A stretch of DNA of 64,000 nucleotides. Source: the human T2T-CHM13v2.0 reference genome, Homo sapiens. Position numbers and translations under genes: made by a program. The notes under the pieces were generated by a model that had not been told where the DNA came from, made no database searches, and worked only from the letters and a program-made list of their open reading frames with translations. The stretch lies in NCBI RefSeq assembly GCF_009914755.1, contig NC_060929.1, one strand, 5' to 3'. This document shows positions 1-14,987 of the stretch, piece by piece. The first letter of the stretch is position 1; every line of letters begins with the position of its first letter.

Positions 1-169
1 CAGGAAACTGATTCAAACTATAGGTAAAAGGCTAATATCTCTCTATATAAAGAGCTTCCAGAAGTTAACAAATGAAAGACCAAGGACCCATCTGAAAGAT
101 GGGCAAAGGACATGAATAGACATACTTACTGCCAAGGCTGGTTGGAAACAATTATTCCCAAATACTGAC

Positions 170-521
170 TGCTATGGTTTGGATGTGTCCCCTAAAAATC
201 ATGTATTGGAAATTTAATCCCCAATGCAACAGTGTTGGGAGGTGGAGCCCAGTGGAAGATGCTTATGTCATGAGAGCTCCACCCTCATGAATGATGAATG
301 TCAATTATAAAAGGATTCCAGTCTTTAAGTTTTATCTCTTGCTCTCTGTCACCCCTTTTGCCCTTCAGCCATGGGATGGCACAGCAAGAAGGCCTCACTA
401 GATGCTAACCCCCTGATCTTGAACTTCCCTGCCTATAGAACCATGAGCCAATAAATTTCTCTTCATTATATATTACCCAGTCTGTTGTATTCTGTTATAA
501 TAGCACAAAGAGACTAAGACA
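170..521 (+). mobile_element. MaLR solo LTR, MST family
   Basis: TGctatggtttggatgtgtcccc...aataaa...gactaagaCA; 5-bp TSD ctgac/ttgac. Confidence 0.9.
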
Positions 522-776
522 TTGACCATTATGGAATGGGGACAATTTCCCAATAGCCATCAAAATTAAGAATGCATACATCTTCTGACCCAGCAGCTCC
601 TCTTCTGGGAATTCAGCATATTGAAGAACTGGCACAGGTATATGAAATGACATACATACAAAATTATTCATTCCAGAACTGCTTATGATAGTAAAATACT
701 GGGAACAATTCAAAGACTCATTAACAGAGGATAGGTTGAATAAGTTATGGTCTATTTAACACTAAAAAACCATACA

Positions 777-1471
<695 letters not shown>

Positions 1472-4419
1472 TTAACAATTATCTCTATGCACAAACACAA
1501 AAAAAAGACATATTATTTGCAAAAAGCAGGGCGGAGAACATTGTGTATAACATGTTCATATGTCTTGGAGAAAGAGAATATATATACAAATGCTAACTAA
1601 TGTGTGTATTAAAATTCCTCTGGAAGAATACAAAGAAACTAATAACAGTGGTGACAGGGTGAGAAAATTGAGCACAAAGAGACTTTTTACTGTACTTCTT
1701 TCTATTTTCATTCCTGAACCAACTGAATTTATTCCTTATTTAAAAACTATATTCAATAAAAAAATAAAAAACCAAAAGGAATGTGATCTTTTCTGGGATT
1801 ATTTTTTAGAAAATGTTATCCAAACGTGTCCTGGGAAGTGCCTTGTCCCACCTACAACTGAGCCGCTGATTTTTCCTTGGCTCGTTCTTGAGCCCCATGT
1901 TTCCTTTCTCTTAACAGCTAATACCTGGGGAAAAGCACGCTGAGGCCTTAAGATGCCCATAATCGGCGGCTATTTTTTAATCTCTTAAAATTACAATGAA
2001 ACTCACCCAAACGTTTCAAAGGCAGGCTAGTATTTTATATTTTAAATTCAGTATCAGAGCCTTTCTATTTTTATGTGTTTTCAGTCTCACTTTCCTAAGA
2101 CCAAAGACATCATCGAGAAGATAATTTTCTGAAATTGATAGAAAAAAAGGTGAGTATTTAAATGGGAACTGCTGTATTCACATATGGGTACCATCCAGAA
2201 CAAACTGATTTAAAGTTTCTAAGATAATGGAAGACTTATTCATGTAAAAAACCTCCTACCTCTCTGTGTTACCAAAAGACCCTAAATTAATCAACGTAAG
2301 AAATGATTCTGTCCAAATCTACTATTACATTTCACAGGAATTCTGCAGGAAAAATGCCATAATTTAAGACACTGATGGTGCTGCTGATTCAATTTTCTGC
2401 TTGCATAAATATCTGCTAAATCCCTTATTATGACTGAACATGGCTAGCTGCAGGTATGAGACCTCCAGTTCTAATCACTGCAGCCACCAGAACTAATGAT
2501 TCCATAACGACTCGAAACTGATAAACTAGCAGGCCAGCCTCACCCACCACACTGTTCCGCGGACTTGCATTAACAGCACTAGCAGGGAGAGTCAGGATCT
2601 ATGGGCAATGAACAGGGATTAAAGGATTATTTAACCAGATAAAAGCAATGAGGATGAAACTATTTCTAATAAGGTGGCAATGGCCCTCTTTCCCAACAGT
2701 GGTGGCAGTCTCAGTAAATATTCCAGAGAAGACTGTTGCAGCTTAGGTTATTATTGATGAAAGATATAACTCTAATAAAAATTCAGTGAGTATAAAAAAT
2801 GTCAGAGATGGTTTTGTATCATGTGTAATAAAGAAAGGCACATAAAAATAACATGTTGCCTATAAAGAGACTATATTACATTCAATAGAGGTACTCAAAA
2901 ACACAAAGTCAGGGACTTAAAGAGTCTGCTAGTGGCACAGGGATCCACAAAAAACAAACCTCCAAAATTCAACGTGTAGAAAATTCAGATTTATGCTGGG
3001 ACTTGGAGAGACTGCTCTGGGAAACCCACTGTCTTTAAGGTAACTGTGAGCCTGTTGCTTCCACTATGCGATTTTCAAAATGAAGATATTTAGGAAGAAA
3101 ACACATAACAGAATTTGAAGGGGGAAAAAACCATTTTTGAGGCAACTAAAAAGAAACTGTATATATTGAAGCTGAATTCTAGATGCTTCCAAAAAGCCAT
3201 AATACCAAAGTGGAAAAATTAATTTCTGACAGAACTATAAAACACAGTAATCAATTTTGAATTTGAAGTCAGGAGAATGTGAAATCTGTGGGCCTTAATT
3301 TAGTAGTATCCCACCAGACGACAGAGTCCCACTTGACACTGACCAACAAGATTTTGTTCTACCCTCAATGGAAAGTGCTCACACCCAGAAAAAAAGGAAC
3401 TGGGGCTACCAAACATATTTATGACTGCAAATAACTCCACAAGGCAAGGTGCTGGGCACCTGCTGGTACCTGGGTGCCCTTTTTCCCACCCGATGCTCTC
3501 TGCCATGCCAGTTTCTGTCACCTTGGCCTAGTGCCCTCCAACATAAGAACCAAAGATCCAACCCCCTACAGGGTGGGGAGGGCAGACTCTTTCAAAGATC
3601 TTTGCTGGTTTTTAAATACTAATTTTATTACTTACCAATGTCCAGGACAAAGTTTACCTCTACCTAATAAGAGAAAATTGCTCATAGAAATGGTTGAAAA
3701 TTTTAAAGGTTGATTTTAAACTCTGAGTAATTCAAAATAATCCTCTACAGATTTGAATAAAAAAGATAATGACTCTCTCCCTCCCACCCCTATCCTCCGC
3801 AAAATTAACAAGGTATTAGTGAACATGACCACGTGTCCCACTAAAAGGAGAAAATAAATATTATTGGCATTAAGCTTCCAGGTGAGAGCTAACATAATTA
3901 ATAGTAAACACATCATATTTCACTAGGATTCTCCTTGATGCCAGTATTAAAAAAATCATCATCTTTTCAACTTAATAGCCAATCTGAAAAGTAATTTGAG
4001 AAAAATAATTGGTTTTAGAAACACATGGATGTAAGTGTATCTTTCTATGACTTTCTGGAACTTTACAAGGCCATTCCTAGTACTCATATAACATTTATAA
4101 GAAATAATTATACCTCAAATGATTATTATGCCAATTGTTGGTTCTAATCAATAGTTAAGGACATAGCAGAGGAGGGAATTCATTAAATATTCAATATTCC
4201 TCCTTAAAAATGAAAGCAAAATTGAGGGCAATAAAAGCATCAAAAACTTAGCAGAGTCAGAAAAGCACAAGGTCCAGATGAAAGTGCCCAGGCATGGAGG
4301 GCTTCCGCTTTGCAAAGGTGCACAGAGCATTCTGGAATTGAATCACAGAGACATCCACAACCTCAAGTCTCAAGGGATGTACGGTTAGATGGCCCAATCA
4401 TGAATTCTCTGCAGCATGA

Positions 4420-4700
4420 ATTTTCTCACAGCTGCATTTGTTAAAAAAACAAAACAAAACAAAACAAAAAAAAAAAACCGTCTTGAGATATTCTTTAAGC
4501 ATGGGATCCATGATTAAATAAGTTTGGGAATCACTGTATATACTGCCTGTCTATTAACATATAAAAGGCTTTGAGAAGTCCAGCAAGAAAGATATCTACC
4601 TAATGTTTAAACTAATGTTGTCCCAGCTTCTCTGACCAACATGCATGCCTATAATAACTATAACACCTATTAACAGGACAAGGACCATCTTTAGGAAAGG
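4420..4700 (-). mobile_element. MER103C-like hAT DNA transposon
   Basis: aaataagtttgggaatcactg, aaggctttgagaagtcc, aacacctattaaca; (AAAAC)n run near the start. Confidence 0.65.
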
Positions 4701-4809
4701 TTTCTCTCTGGATTTCTTAGTTGTCCTCTATGTCCTACTTGAACAGTTAGTGATGGGATGTCAATCCCCCTACAAGCAGCCCATCATTATAGTCAACTCT
4801 ATCTACTGA

Positions 4810-5045
4810 GAGGAAACAGCAGAATGGACACACTTCAGGTTTTAAAGTGAATCTGACCAATATTTGAATTCTCACTATCCACTTAATCACTGTGTACCCT
4901 TAGCAACATTTTTAATTACCTCTGAGATTCAGTTCCATCATCTGTAAAGCTGGGGTAATAGTAACCATTTACTATGATGCTGTAAATCTTAGAGACACTA
5001 TCTATAAAGTGACCAGTAAACTGTCTGCCATCTATTACTATTGTC
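4810..5045 (+). mobile_element. MIR
   Basis: Core ctctgagattcagttccatcatctgtaaagctggggtaatag. Confidence 0.8.
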
Positions 5046-5559
5046 ATTAGGATATGACATTTCCTTCTATCAAGATAAAGTTGACCTCCCTATAACCTAC
5101 ATCCATTGAGACTAGTTCTACCTCCTGGAATCAAACATAACATATTTTCTCCCACTCCCACTTATTACATTGGCTTTTCCCAAATTAAACATCCTCATTT
5201 CAACTTTCCATCAAGGCTTCCAGAGCTTCCACTGCCATCTCCACATTTCACTGCTTCTCATATCTCCAATTTTGCTATTCGCTTTGTAATGATAGACTCT
5301 AAATTTGATGGCCCTGACAGGGGTAAGGACAGTGTGGCCTGAGGGGTCTTCACCCTTGGAATCTGCCATGAATGACCACTCCCACCCACTACTCTAGATC
5401 TCATTCTGTCACACATTCAGCCTAAAATTGTCCAAGCAACCTTGCCCAACATGTGGCCGTGGCACATGAGGGGTAGAAGCAAGAACCCCAAAACAAGCTG
5501 AAAATCAGAGTGAGTTTCTGACAGCTGCAATGAGTCACATGCCTGGAGCTTCTGCTACA

Positions 5560-5720
5560 CTGGTTCTTCAGGTAGGTCTTTAGATTACCTAAATCCGAAG
5601 CCCCATCCCAGACCTGCTGAATCTAATCTCCGCGGGTGGAGCCCAGGATCAGCATTACAGCACATACCCTCACATGTCTTCAGGACACTTCTGTACCACA
5701 ACCCTGCAGTTTGGAGGACA
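5560..5720. mobile_element. MER5A-like fragment
   Basis: ccccatcccagacctgctgaatctaatctcc..gggtggagcccagga. Confidence 0.65.
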
Positions 5721-6277
5721 TCTAAAGTTGAAGTTCACTCAACCTGCAAAACTGTCTGAAGGATGAAGAGACATCAACCAGGGTAAAGAAGAAACCACGG
5801 AGGGAAGGCAGAACATGGCAGGCAGAGGCTATGAACAAGGCATGGATAAAAGGCCCATGTGCCAGAGTGAGGAAAGGGCAGAGGAGGGCACTGTGGAGGG
5901 GAGCTGGAGATGAAAATGGGTGCCTGGCCCAGGGCCTGGCAAGCAGCAAGCTCAGTTCTTGCACCGAGAGCTGGAGGAGCTCTTCCAGGTCACTCAGTTC
6001 TGGTGCAGGTCAGTGGCAAACATGCCAGGTTTAGACTCCCCCTTGATTCAGATGCCACCAGCCATGCAGAAATTATGGCCTTGCTATGGTGAGTACCCAT
6101 ATCATCCTATGATTATGGAATTAATGCAAATTGTGTGATTTCTTTGCAATCTGTCTTCTGCTTATGTATCCATAATCAACCATAGTGCAGAAAACATAAC
6201 ATATATCTCTTCTGGACCCCAGCTATACAACCGATTATCACCAAATAGATTTGCAGAGCACTTTAAAAAAAACTGCT

Positions 6278-6706
6278 TATCTTGTCGTCCATTTTGTGTT
6301 GCTATGAAAGAATACCTGAGACTGGGTAATTTATAAAGCAAAGAAGTTTATTTAGCTCAAGGTTCTACAGACTCAGTTCAAGGGCATGGCCCTGGAGTCT
6401 GGTGAGGGCTTTCCTGCTGCATCATGACATGGCAGAGGGGGTCTAAGGGGAAGACAGGAAAACCTGAGGGGGTGGCCTGGCTTCATAACAACCCGCTGTT
6501 GCAGGAACTAATCCATTTCCACGAGAACTAATCAGTCTCACAAGAACTCACTACCTGGGTAAAAGCACCAAGATATTCACGAGGGATCTGCCCCCCAAAA
6601 ACCCAAACACCTCTCATTAGGCCCCACCTCCTAACATCGAAACATTGGGGATCAAATTTCAACATGAGCTTTGGCTGCGACAAACAAACTTATCTAAAAT
6701 ATAGCA
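6278..6706 (-). mobile_element. MST-family MaLR LTR
   Basis: gaatacctgagactgggtaatttataaag...ggggatcaaatttcaacatgag...atagca. Confidence 0.88.
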
Positions 6707-6996
6707 GTTTTAGATAAAAGTTTAGATGCAAAAGGCTTTGGGTTAACTGTTCTTACCTATTTCCCTACACATAACTTAGAAGTGAAGGATTAGCTACCAA
6801 CAAACTTTTAACATTAAAAATAAAATTAACTATTCTTTTGATCTCATTACTAAGTGAGGAAATATAGAGAAGAATATACTTTCTAAGCCCTCTTTTCCCT
6901 TAAAAATCTATAGCATCTTAATCTTTACACCCTACTACTTAGCCCCTGATATTATAAAGCCTTAATATATCTTCTATTTTATGTGTATGTATCAAA

Positions 6997-7115
6997 TTCA
7001 TTCATTGATCTGTTCAGTTAGTCAACATTTGTTGAGCACCTTTCTGCACTTGGGTCATATAGGTGTAAGTGACCCACCATCCTGTCCTCGAAACCCACAG
7101 TCTGGCAGAAACACC
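6997..7115 (-). mobile_element. L2 3' end
   Basis: attcattcatt...caacatttgttgagcacct. Confidence 0.65.
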
Positions 7116-7249
7116 TGTTTCTATGTCTAGCTGTGAAGCAGAAGGCAGAAGCAACAGCTACTTCTGTGGCTCCCTCAGAACCATTCATTGATCTCTATCA
7201 TGCAGTAAATTAATACTTACAAAATTTTGAGATGACTGGTGATCAAAAA

Positions 7250-7490
7250 CAGTTTTGAAGTCAACTCTGTGTTCAAAGCCTAGCCCTACCATTTCCTCGT
7301 TCTCTGACCCTGGGCCTCTCTGAACCTCAGTTTCCGCATCCGCACAGATAGAGATGAGTGAGAATAGTCCCAGTCTTACATGTTCATCATGCATATTCAA
7401 AGAGATGATTCATATAAAGGGCTTAGTAAAGAAGCTGGAATATAGCCAGTGGTCAAAATCAGTAGACATCAATTAATGTATAAGCTATTA
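7250..7490 (+). mobile_element. MIR
   Basis: ctctctgaacctcagtttccgcatc core. Confidence 0.8.
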
Positions 7491-7849
7491 ACAATTCTCC
7501 CTTAGGCTTTGAGGAACATTTACAGAGATTATGGTTTTCACAAAGCATTGTTCCTTTCCCATCTGAGAATCTTGGCCAAGGAGGCCCAGAAAACATTTCT
7601 TATGTTATCAAAGATAAGTTGACTTTTCCTTTAAACAGATGTCAAAGATCATGATGAGATCTGGAGCCCAAAACCTTAGTGTCACCGTGTATTAATTCTC
7701 TACAAACTATTTTGAAGATGAAACACAATCTATTTTCTCAGCAAACAGAAAACAACAGACAACTGGAAGCGTTAAAGGAGGCAGGAAGGAGTCAATTTTC
7801 CCATCAGCAATGCTATTCTTTGTGGACATTCATGGCTCAGGCAAATAAC

Positions 7850-8375
7850 TTGCTTGAGAGTTAATGTAAGTAAAACATTAATTATCAAAAATGCACATTT
7901 CCTTTGATGTAGTGGTTTCACTTCTAGGAACTTATCTCACAGAATTATTTATAGATGCATGATAGATTTAATTACAGCATATTGAATGAACTATTTTTGG
8001 TAATAACCAAAAACTAGAAATAAATCCAACAATGGAATCATGGTTAAATAAATAACAGTATTTCAGAAGTACACGACACAGAATACTATGCTATAAAAAT
8101 TATGTATCAATAGACAAATTTTTATGGAGCACTAAGATGTATTACATGAAAAGGCAAGTATGCAGTTAAAAATGAATATGCATACATACATACTGATATA
8201 TTTACATAGCCAACTTCTAGAAGGATGCAAAAAGGCTATTAAGAATAGTTATCTATGGGAAGAATTATTAGAGATAAAAAGCAACAAGAGAAAGAGTTTT
8301 ACTTTGCCTTTTATGTACTTTTGAAGTATTTGAATTTTTATGCTATGTGCATGTTTATTTTACCTAAAAAAACTT
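7850..8375 (+). mobile_element. L1ME/L1MC 3' fragment
   Basis: cacttctaggaacttatctcacagaa, ggttaaataaataacagta, ttctagaaggatgca. Confidence 0.7.
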
Positions 8376-8584
8376 TACAATTCCAAGCTGTCAGTTCAAA
8401 AGCCAAAATGCCTTCCCAAATTATAAGTAACACTGAGCTAAAAAGAAACACATCCAGAGGAAATTACAATTAGACATTCCTTGAAAAATTTGACAATCTT
8501 CAAGATAAAGGCAAGTAGTATTTTTAGTACAGATTTTTTTTTTAAGAAATAAACAGTTGACAATCAGCTACTCTTCTTATTATG

Positions 8585-9135
8585 TGTGGCATAGTATAGC
8601 AGAGATTAAAACCTGGTTGAGGAGACACACTTGGATTGGAAACTTGATTCCAGGTGACTGTAAATCAGGGGTCAATAATCTATGGCCCACAGCCAAATCT
8701 GGCCTGCCACCTGTTTTATATAACCCATGAGTTAAGACTTCTTTTTACATTTTAAAGTAGGTGAAAAACTTAAAACAATATTTCATAACACATGAAAATT
8801 TTATGAAATTCAAATTTCAGTTTCCACAGATAAAATTTTATTAAAATGCAGCCACACCCACTCATTTGCATACTGTAATGGCAGCTTCCCTCTACAAGGC
8901 CAAATTGGGTTGTTGCAGCACATATGGACCCCAAAGGCCAAAAATATTTATTATCTGACCTTTCACAAAAATAAATTTGCTGATTCCTGCCCTATAAACT
9001 GACTTAATTGAGCCTCCATTTCCTTTCCTGTAAGATAGGTACAATAATAGATAGCCTCAACTCCACAGAGCAGTTATGAAGCTTGAAAGTAATGATGTAT
9101 GAAATGCTCAGCACGTACTAGTTTTTTAATATTAC
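8585..9135 (+). mobile_element. MIR split by MER58B
   Basis: MIR 5' part at 8585-8660; core resumes ~9000 (gagcctccatttcctttcctgtaagatagg). Confidence 0.7.
8666..8989. mobile_element. MER58B-like hAT/Charlie element
   Basis: caggggtcaataatctatggcccacagccaaatctggcc...aatttgctgattcctg with terminal inverted repeats. Confidence 0.85.
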
Positions 9136-9683
9136 TTCTCACATTTTAACATTGAAATCAGGATTTTTTTTAACAGTCAATGGCATGTCTGAGTCCGTTC
9201 ATAGAAGTGGGGGAAGCCCCACTGCACAGCCTCCCTGAATGCTCCCTCAGCTACATCCTCCCCACTGCCTGCCAACACGAGCTGCTTGCCCCTGTGTGCA
9301 GAGGCTTGGGAAGCTGAATCTTTCCAAGAGAGCCTCAAGAGGACACACGGATGGCTTCAGTATTCAGGAACAGGCTGTATTATGCTACGGAGAAAGGAAG
9401 TAAATGAAAGTAGCCTCAAAGGCACATCATAAGAGGGAGTACCAGGGATATTTACTAGTCCACGAAGATCAGAGCAAACAAATGTTCCAAGCTGGATTAC
9501 TTGGGCTAAAACTGTACAAATCACACTTGCCTGTATTAGCTCACTGATTCTTCCACCAATTCAGCAAGTTAGGTAGCAACACTCCTATTCTACAGACCCA
9601 GAGAAGTCTGGGACATACCCTACACACCAGCTGATGGCATAGCAACACCAGAAAGCGGAGTCTCAGCTTCTTTCCACCTTACC

Positions 9684-9872
9684 AGCATTTTCTTAAACTT
9701 GAGCTTGCATCAGAATCAACCAGAGGGCTTGTTTCAACATAGATTGCTGGCCCCCACACCCAAAGTCTCTAATGCAGCAGGGTCTGAGGTGAGGATGGAG
9801 AATTTGCATTTCTAACAAGTTCTCAGGTAAAGACCACACAGCTGTCTGAGGGCCACGCACTGCAAACCAATG
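9684..9872. mobile_element. MER5A
   Basis: gcatcagaatcaaccagagggcttgtt...gaatttgcatttctaacaagttctcaggt. Confidence 0.88.
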
Positions 9873-10059
9873 AATTATATCACTAAGCCACTGAAAACGT
9901 AAAGTCCTCACCCCTCCTCATCTTTCACACCTCCTATTCCTCAAAGTGAATCCCAACCAACCTCACCCACACAATAAACTATTTTCTTGTTGTGTTGCCT
10001 GTTTGTTTTCAGGAAAGCAATCATACTTGTCTTCCCATTGTTGTCTTGATGGGACTCAC

Positions 10060-10210
10060 TGCAAGACTAGGAGCCAGGAGACTGCAGACTAGTCCTGATC
10101 GGCCAGTAACTAGCTGGGGGGTTTTTGGCAAGTGACTTCTCTCTAGCCTTGGTTCCCCCTGTGTGAAGTGAGAAAGCCACATCAGATTATTTCCAAGAGC
10201 TTCCTTATAG
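10060..10210 (+). mobile_element. MIR3/MIRc
   Basis: ggagccaggagactg..agtcctg...ggcaagtgacttctctct. Confidence 0.65.
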
Positions 10211-10515
10211 AACACAAGGCTGATGCTCCGATTTGACAGAGCAGCCTCCCTGCCTGAGTGGTCACCTTCAATCCATGAAACTCATAGATGGGTTCCCCTC
10301 AGTAATGAATGAACTAAAGAAAACTACTGGGTGAGACCTGTTTATGTAGGCACCAGCAAAATGGTGCCACAGATGGGCTTTTAGATGCCTGCATGAGAGA
10401 GCTCACAGTAAAATGTTTAGATAGACAGCATAAAAAAATTATAAAGCAAAAAGTAAATTCCTCATACCCCTCTCAGCCCATTCCTCAGAGATAATACATT
10501 ACAATTTGGTACTGA

Positions 10516-10915
<400 letters not shown>

Positions 10916-11108
10916 TAATTACAATTCTCCCATCTCCCCCCATGCTATCTGGAAATTTATACCAGCAGGATAATTTTCCATTTGGTACATTTGAAGAATC
11001 AAACTCATAGAGGAGAGCATGGTTCTAAGAAAAATGGTACACATATAGAGCAATACAGAGCAACGGAGAAAAACGTGGATGGCAGTCATGATCACACAGC
11101 AGCCACTG

Positions 11109-11156
11109 AGAATATTGTATGCAAAAGTTCCTAGAATATTGTATGCAAAAGTTCCT
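11109..11156. repeat. Perfect 24-bp tandem duplication
   Basis: agaatattgtatgcaaaagttcct x2. Confidence 0.95.
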
Positions 11157-14123
11157 ACAGCATGAGTTACTTAATGTCAGGCATTATCTTTCCTGACTGA
11201 TCCCTGCCCTGTCATACTTCAGCCTGAACATCCCTGCAGACAGAAACAGTTCTTCCTCTTTCTCTTCCAGGGCAGGCCAGCTCATTGTTGACCAGATATA
11301 AACACTAGGCACATAGTTTCCAAACACATAATAATGCCTCTTCATCTGAGAGTGGTAGGGCCTTTTCTTTGGTGTCTGAGATAGCATGATGTTCTAAAAA
11401 TGTAAGAAGTTGTTACTTGATACACTAACAAAACTACAATTAATCTGGCATGCACTTCAATTTTCAAACAACATGAGCTAAGTCAGAAGACAGGAATCCC
11501 TAAGAGCATGCCCTTTGGGGCTGTGGCATGGATCTGTGGATACGGCTCCACACTTCGAAGCTGGACAACAGCACACTGGTAGGGACACGCATAGGAACTT
11601 GTAGGGATCTAACCTACCCCTCCAGGTCCTCGGTGGTTACTCTGTAAAGACAATGACTTCCTATGCCATTCTTTATTCACCCGCTACTTGCCTCCCCAAG
11701 CACCTGAATGTCAGGCAAAAGCACTTCCTTTTCTAGAGGACAAAAATCCCTCTACATGAGCCTCACAGTGAGAAGTCACACTGCATTTGGAAACGTATGT
11801 CCGCATCTACAGCTCTGGATAGACAAAAGAGGGCACCAACATCATTTATTCCCCTGCTTTTCTTACCAAAGACAATAGAATTCACTCAGAGCAATAGGTT
11901 AGTTCTAAATTCATGAAACTGAAGCTCTACAATGAGTGGGTAGGTTGCTTTTCTTTACTAGGAACACCCAGTAATTCTGCCATTTTTCTTTCTTACTCCC
12001 TTGTATTTGCAATGAATGAGGCTTTGATTGTAAAAGATTGACCTAATTTACTTATTAGATATTCTTGCAAAGCTGCATAGACATAACTTTGGTAAACTGA
12101 ATCTACCTCAGACATACCAATTAGGCAGGCTGTTTGAGGAAATTCTATGGGGAGTCATTGTATAAAACAAATTATCACCTCTCAACAGTCCTGCCTTATC
12201 ACAGAACTGCCTAAACTCAAGGTCAGAAACAATCTCAATAGTATCTCTGTCCTCATCCAGTGTTCAATTTCCCCGACATCAAACCAGCCATGTGGCTGTC
12301 TACTCTTACATGTACACATCCCAGGAGCGGTGTCTCAGTCTCCTCCATGGCAGCCTACCCCATCCTCACACAGCTTGGGATATGAAAATGCCATACTTGG
12401 ATTGAGCCAAAAGCCATCCCTTTGCAACTCCCACCCTCTAATTCTAGGGCTACCCTATGGAACCAAATAGAATCCTCAACTCCCTGTGAGCAACCTACAA
12501 ATATCCAGGTATGGCTATTATGTCTGAAGGAGTTCAAATGTCCACACACTGCACCAGCTTATGTTGAGGCTGCCCCCAGTTCTAGGTGTCCCACCATGCT
12601 ACCCCTGCTTTTAAAACTATTCATAAAGCATTCGAAACCATTTCTGGGTGAAGGAATCTGTGCCTTGCTATGAGAACAGAATGATGAATGCTCACTCTTA
12701 ATCTGACAGTATAATTTTATCATTACAAACTGGGAATTTCTCCTCCTGCCTAATCACTGGTAGAAAGAACAACTCAGGATTGACCTCGCTAAAAGCAAAA
12801 ATCATAATTATTAGCAGATGCCTGACAACATTTACATGGCTTATATCCAAAAATTATATTTTTCCCAAGGGTATATTTTTCTCCTACAAATAATTTTATC
12901 TTAGCAGGGTCACCGCAAAGAGATGTGGCTTAAAATTAGGCATTCTGTGGATTTCTATTGGTATTTTTTATGGCTGTTTCATAATACCTGCTTGAAAACA
13001 TTACAAAATGAAACTCCTGTATGTACGCACTGTGGTAACGTGCCCAAATTCTTCCACCATGAGAAACCCTTTCCACTGTCAAAAAAAAATTTATAAACTC
13101 CACCTCCCCTTGACCTCTCCAAAGATAGCTATCGTACTAATCATTCTGTTAGTTGCTGAGAATTTTATAATGACAAGATCTAATATGGATTTGCTAATGT
13201 CTTTAAATAAGATGTGGATTTTATTGAGCACATCAGCATCCATACGCGTTTGAGAAACATATGTAAATATGTACGTATGTGTGCAAGGAAAGCATTTCCC
13301 ACCCGTGTAAAGCCCACACTACACTGTGAAGCTCCACATAACACTGCCCTTGGCTCTGGTGGCCTATAGGGAAGAATACTGACATTCTTAATCCATCATT
13401 TGCCTGTGGGGTCGAACTAATCTACAGTGTTAGCATGGAGGAAGGTAACTATGCAGTCAGGCATCAAAGCTCTAGTTTGGATTCTGAATGTCTAACCAAC
13501 AAGACTGGCTCTGCCTGCCACTTGGCTGAAGAGAGAAGAACCATATGCTTCCATTAATTGAAAGCACAGATCATCTGAACTCCTTGTTCCTGCCAGGAAA
13601 AGCCCAGAACTCTCTGTTCCCAATGCTAATCAGTTACCAGCAACAAAACAATCAGAGTATTCCCTGATGGAGATGCAGGCCAACCATTCTTCCTGATATT
13701 GTCAATTTCGTCCATGTATCAAGCCAGGCCTTTAGAAGACAGTGCATTCTGAATTATTGAGTTAACTTATAGAACTGTACTTTGGCACTAAGCATCATTG
13801 TATACTGAAAGATCTTGGATGAAGTAATCATAAAAGCTTACTGGGGTATTCACTGCTAGATACTGGCGGGAACACGGGCCACCCTGACAAACCCCCTTCT
13901 GAGAACCCACAGGAGGAAAGCATCTCTGGCCTCACTACTATGAATACCTGTATTTCTCCTGAATACCAGCCTCGTTTACACATCATGGGAACATAGTGCT
14001 CTGTGTGTCCTTCTCTGCTTTGTTAGGAAGCTCTGAGCCCAGTTACAGAAGTATACAGAAACTCACTGCGCATGTGATGGAGTAACAACATACATAGCAT
14101 GGCTTTGCTATGCCTTTAATTTA

Positions 14124-14161
14124 CTTATACTCAAATGTTTTTTCTTATACTCAAATGTTTT
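14124..14161. repeat. 20-bp-period tandem duplication
   Basis: cttatactcaaatgtttt(tt) x2. Confidence 0.9.
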
Positions 14162-14987
14162 CATCTATTCGTGTTATCACTTGACACTTACATATGCCTA
14201 CAAGTTGTTTTTTGGTGAATGAGGCAAAGACAAAAACAAAAAAAGACATATCGGGTTATCATGTATTTGGTTACAGATTCAAGGACCACTGAGTGACAGT
14301 TCAAGTAAGTTCCTGCAGGGAAAGTGAGCATTCATGGACGTGAAGTGAAGGCAGGAGGAGAACTCAAGTGCATTGATTACCATATATTGAAGTTAGGAAG
14401 GGAAAGGGGGAGCTAGAGCAGAGTTCAGGGCAAGGGCCTGAGAGTGACACAACCCTGGGCAAATTTAGGACCTGAATGTCACAGTGGCTCCAGTGGGCTC
14501 AGAGGATAATTTTTCACCTAATTAGGGATTGTCTTGCCTTGGCAATGACTGCAACTAACATTTTCCACCTTCTCTAGCCCTTTCTACCATGAATTTTGGA
14601 GCCAAAGAAGAAGATGAGCAGTGCAGGGCCATCTACTGTACACAGCACCCATCCTCTGCTAAGCGGTTCCTCCTGGCCAGGCTGCCAGTGCCCATGGAAT
14701 TACCCACACCCTCCTGGCAGCAAGGAAACTCAGCACCTCACATCATCACTCTTGAGATCACATGGGTTCCACTTTTGTTCTTTGGGAAGTGGCATATGTT
14801 TCTAAATCCTGGTGGCACCATATTCTGTATGGATTTTTGAGTATGAGACTTGTGCATGTGTGCATGTATGAGGGCATGGGCTGTGTTTCCCTCTTTTAAA
14901 GGCTAAACCACTCCATCTCCAGGTGATGGAGGCCACACAGAAATAGCAATTCAGGCTCTTAGGCTTATTACAAGTGGCTTTAGGCCT

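Noticed and set aside
2600-3300. A-rich stretch that looks like decayed coding or transposon sequence
   Set aside because: No sustained reading frame or family motif I can identify; needs a Dfam/tBLASTn search
5060-5340. Possible L3/CR1 remnant
   Set aside because: Only one short motif resembles the consensus; too weak to call
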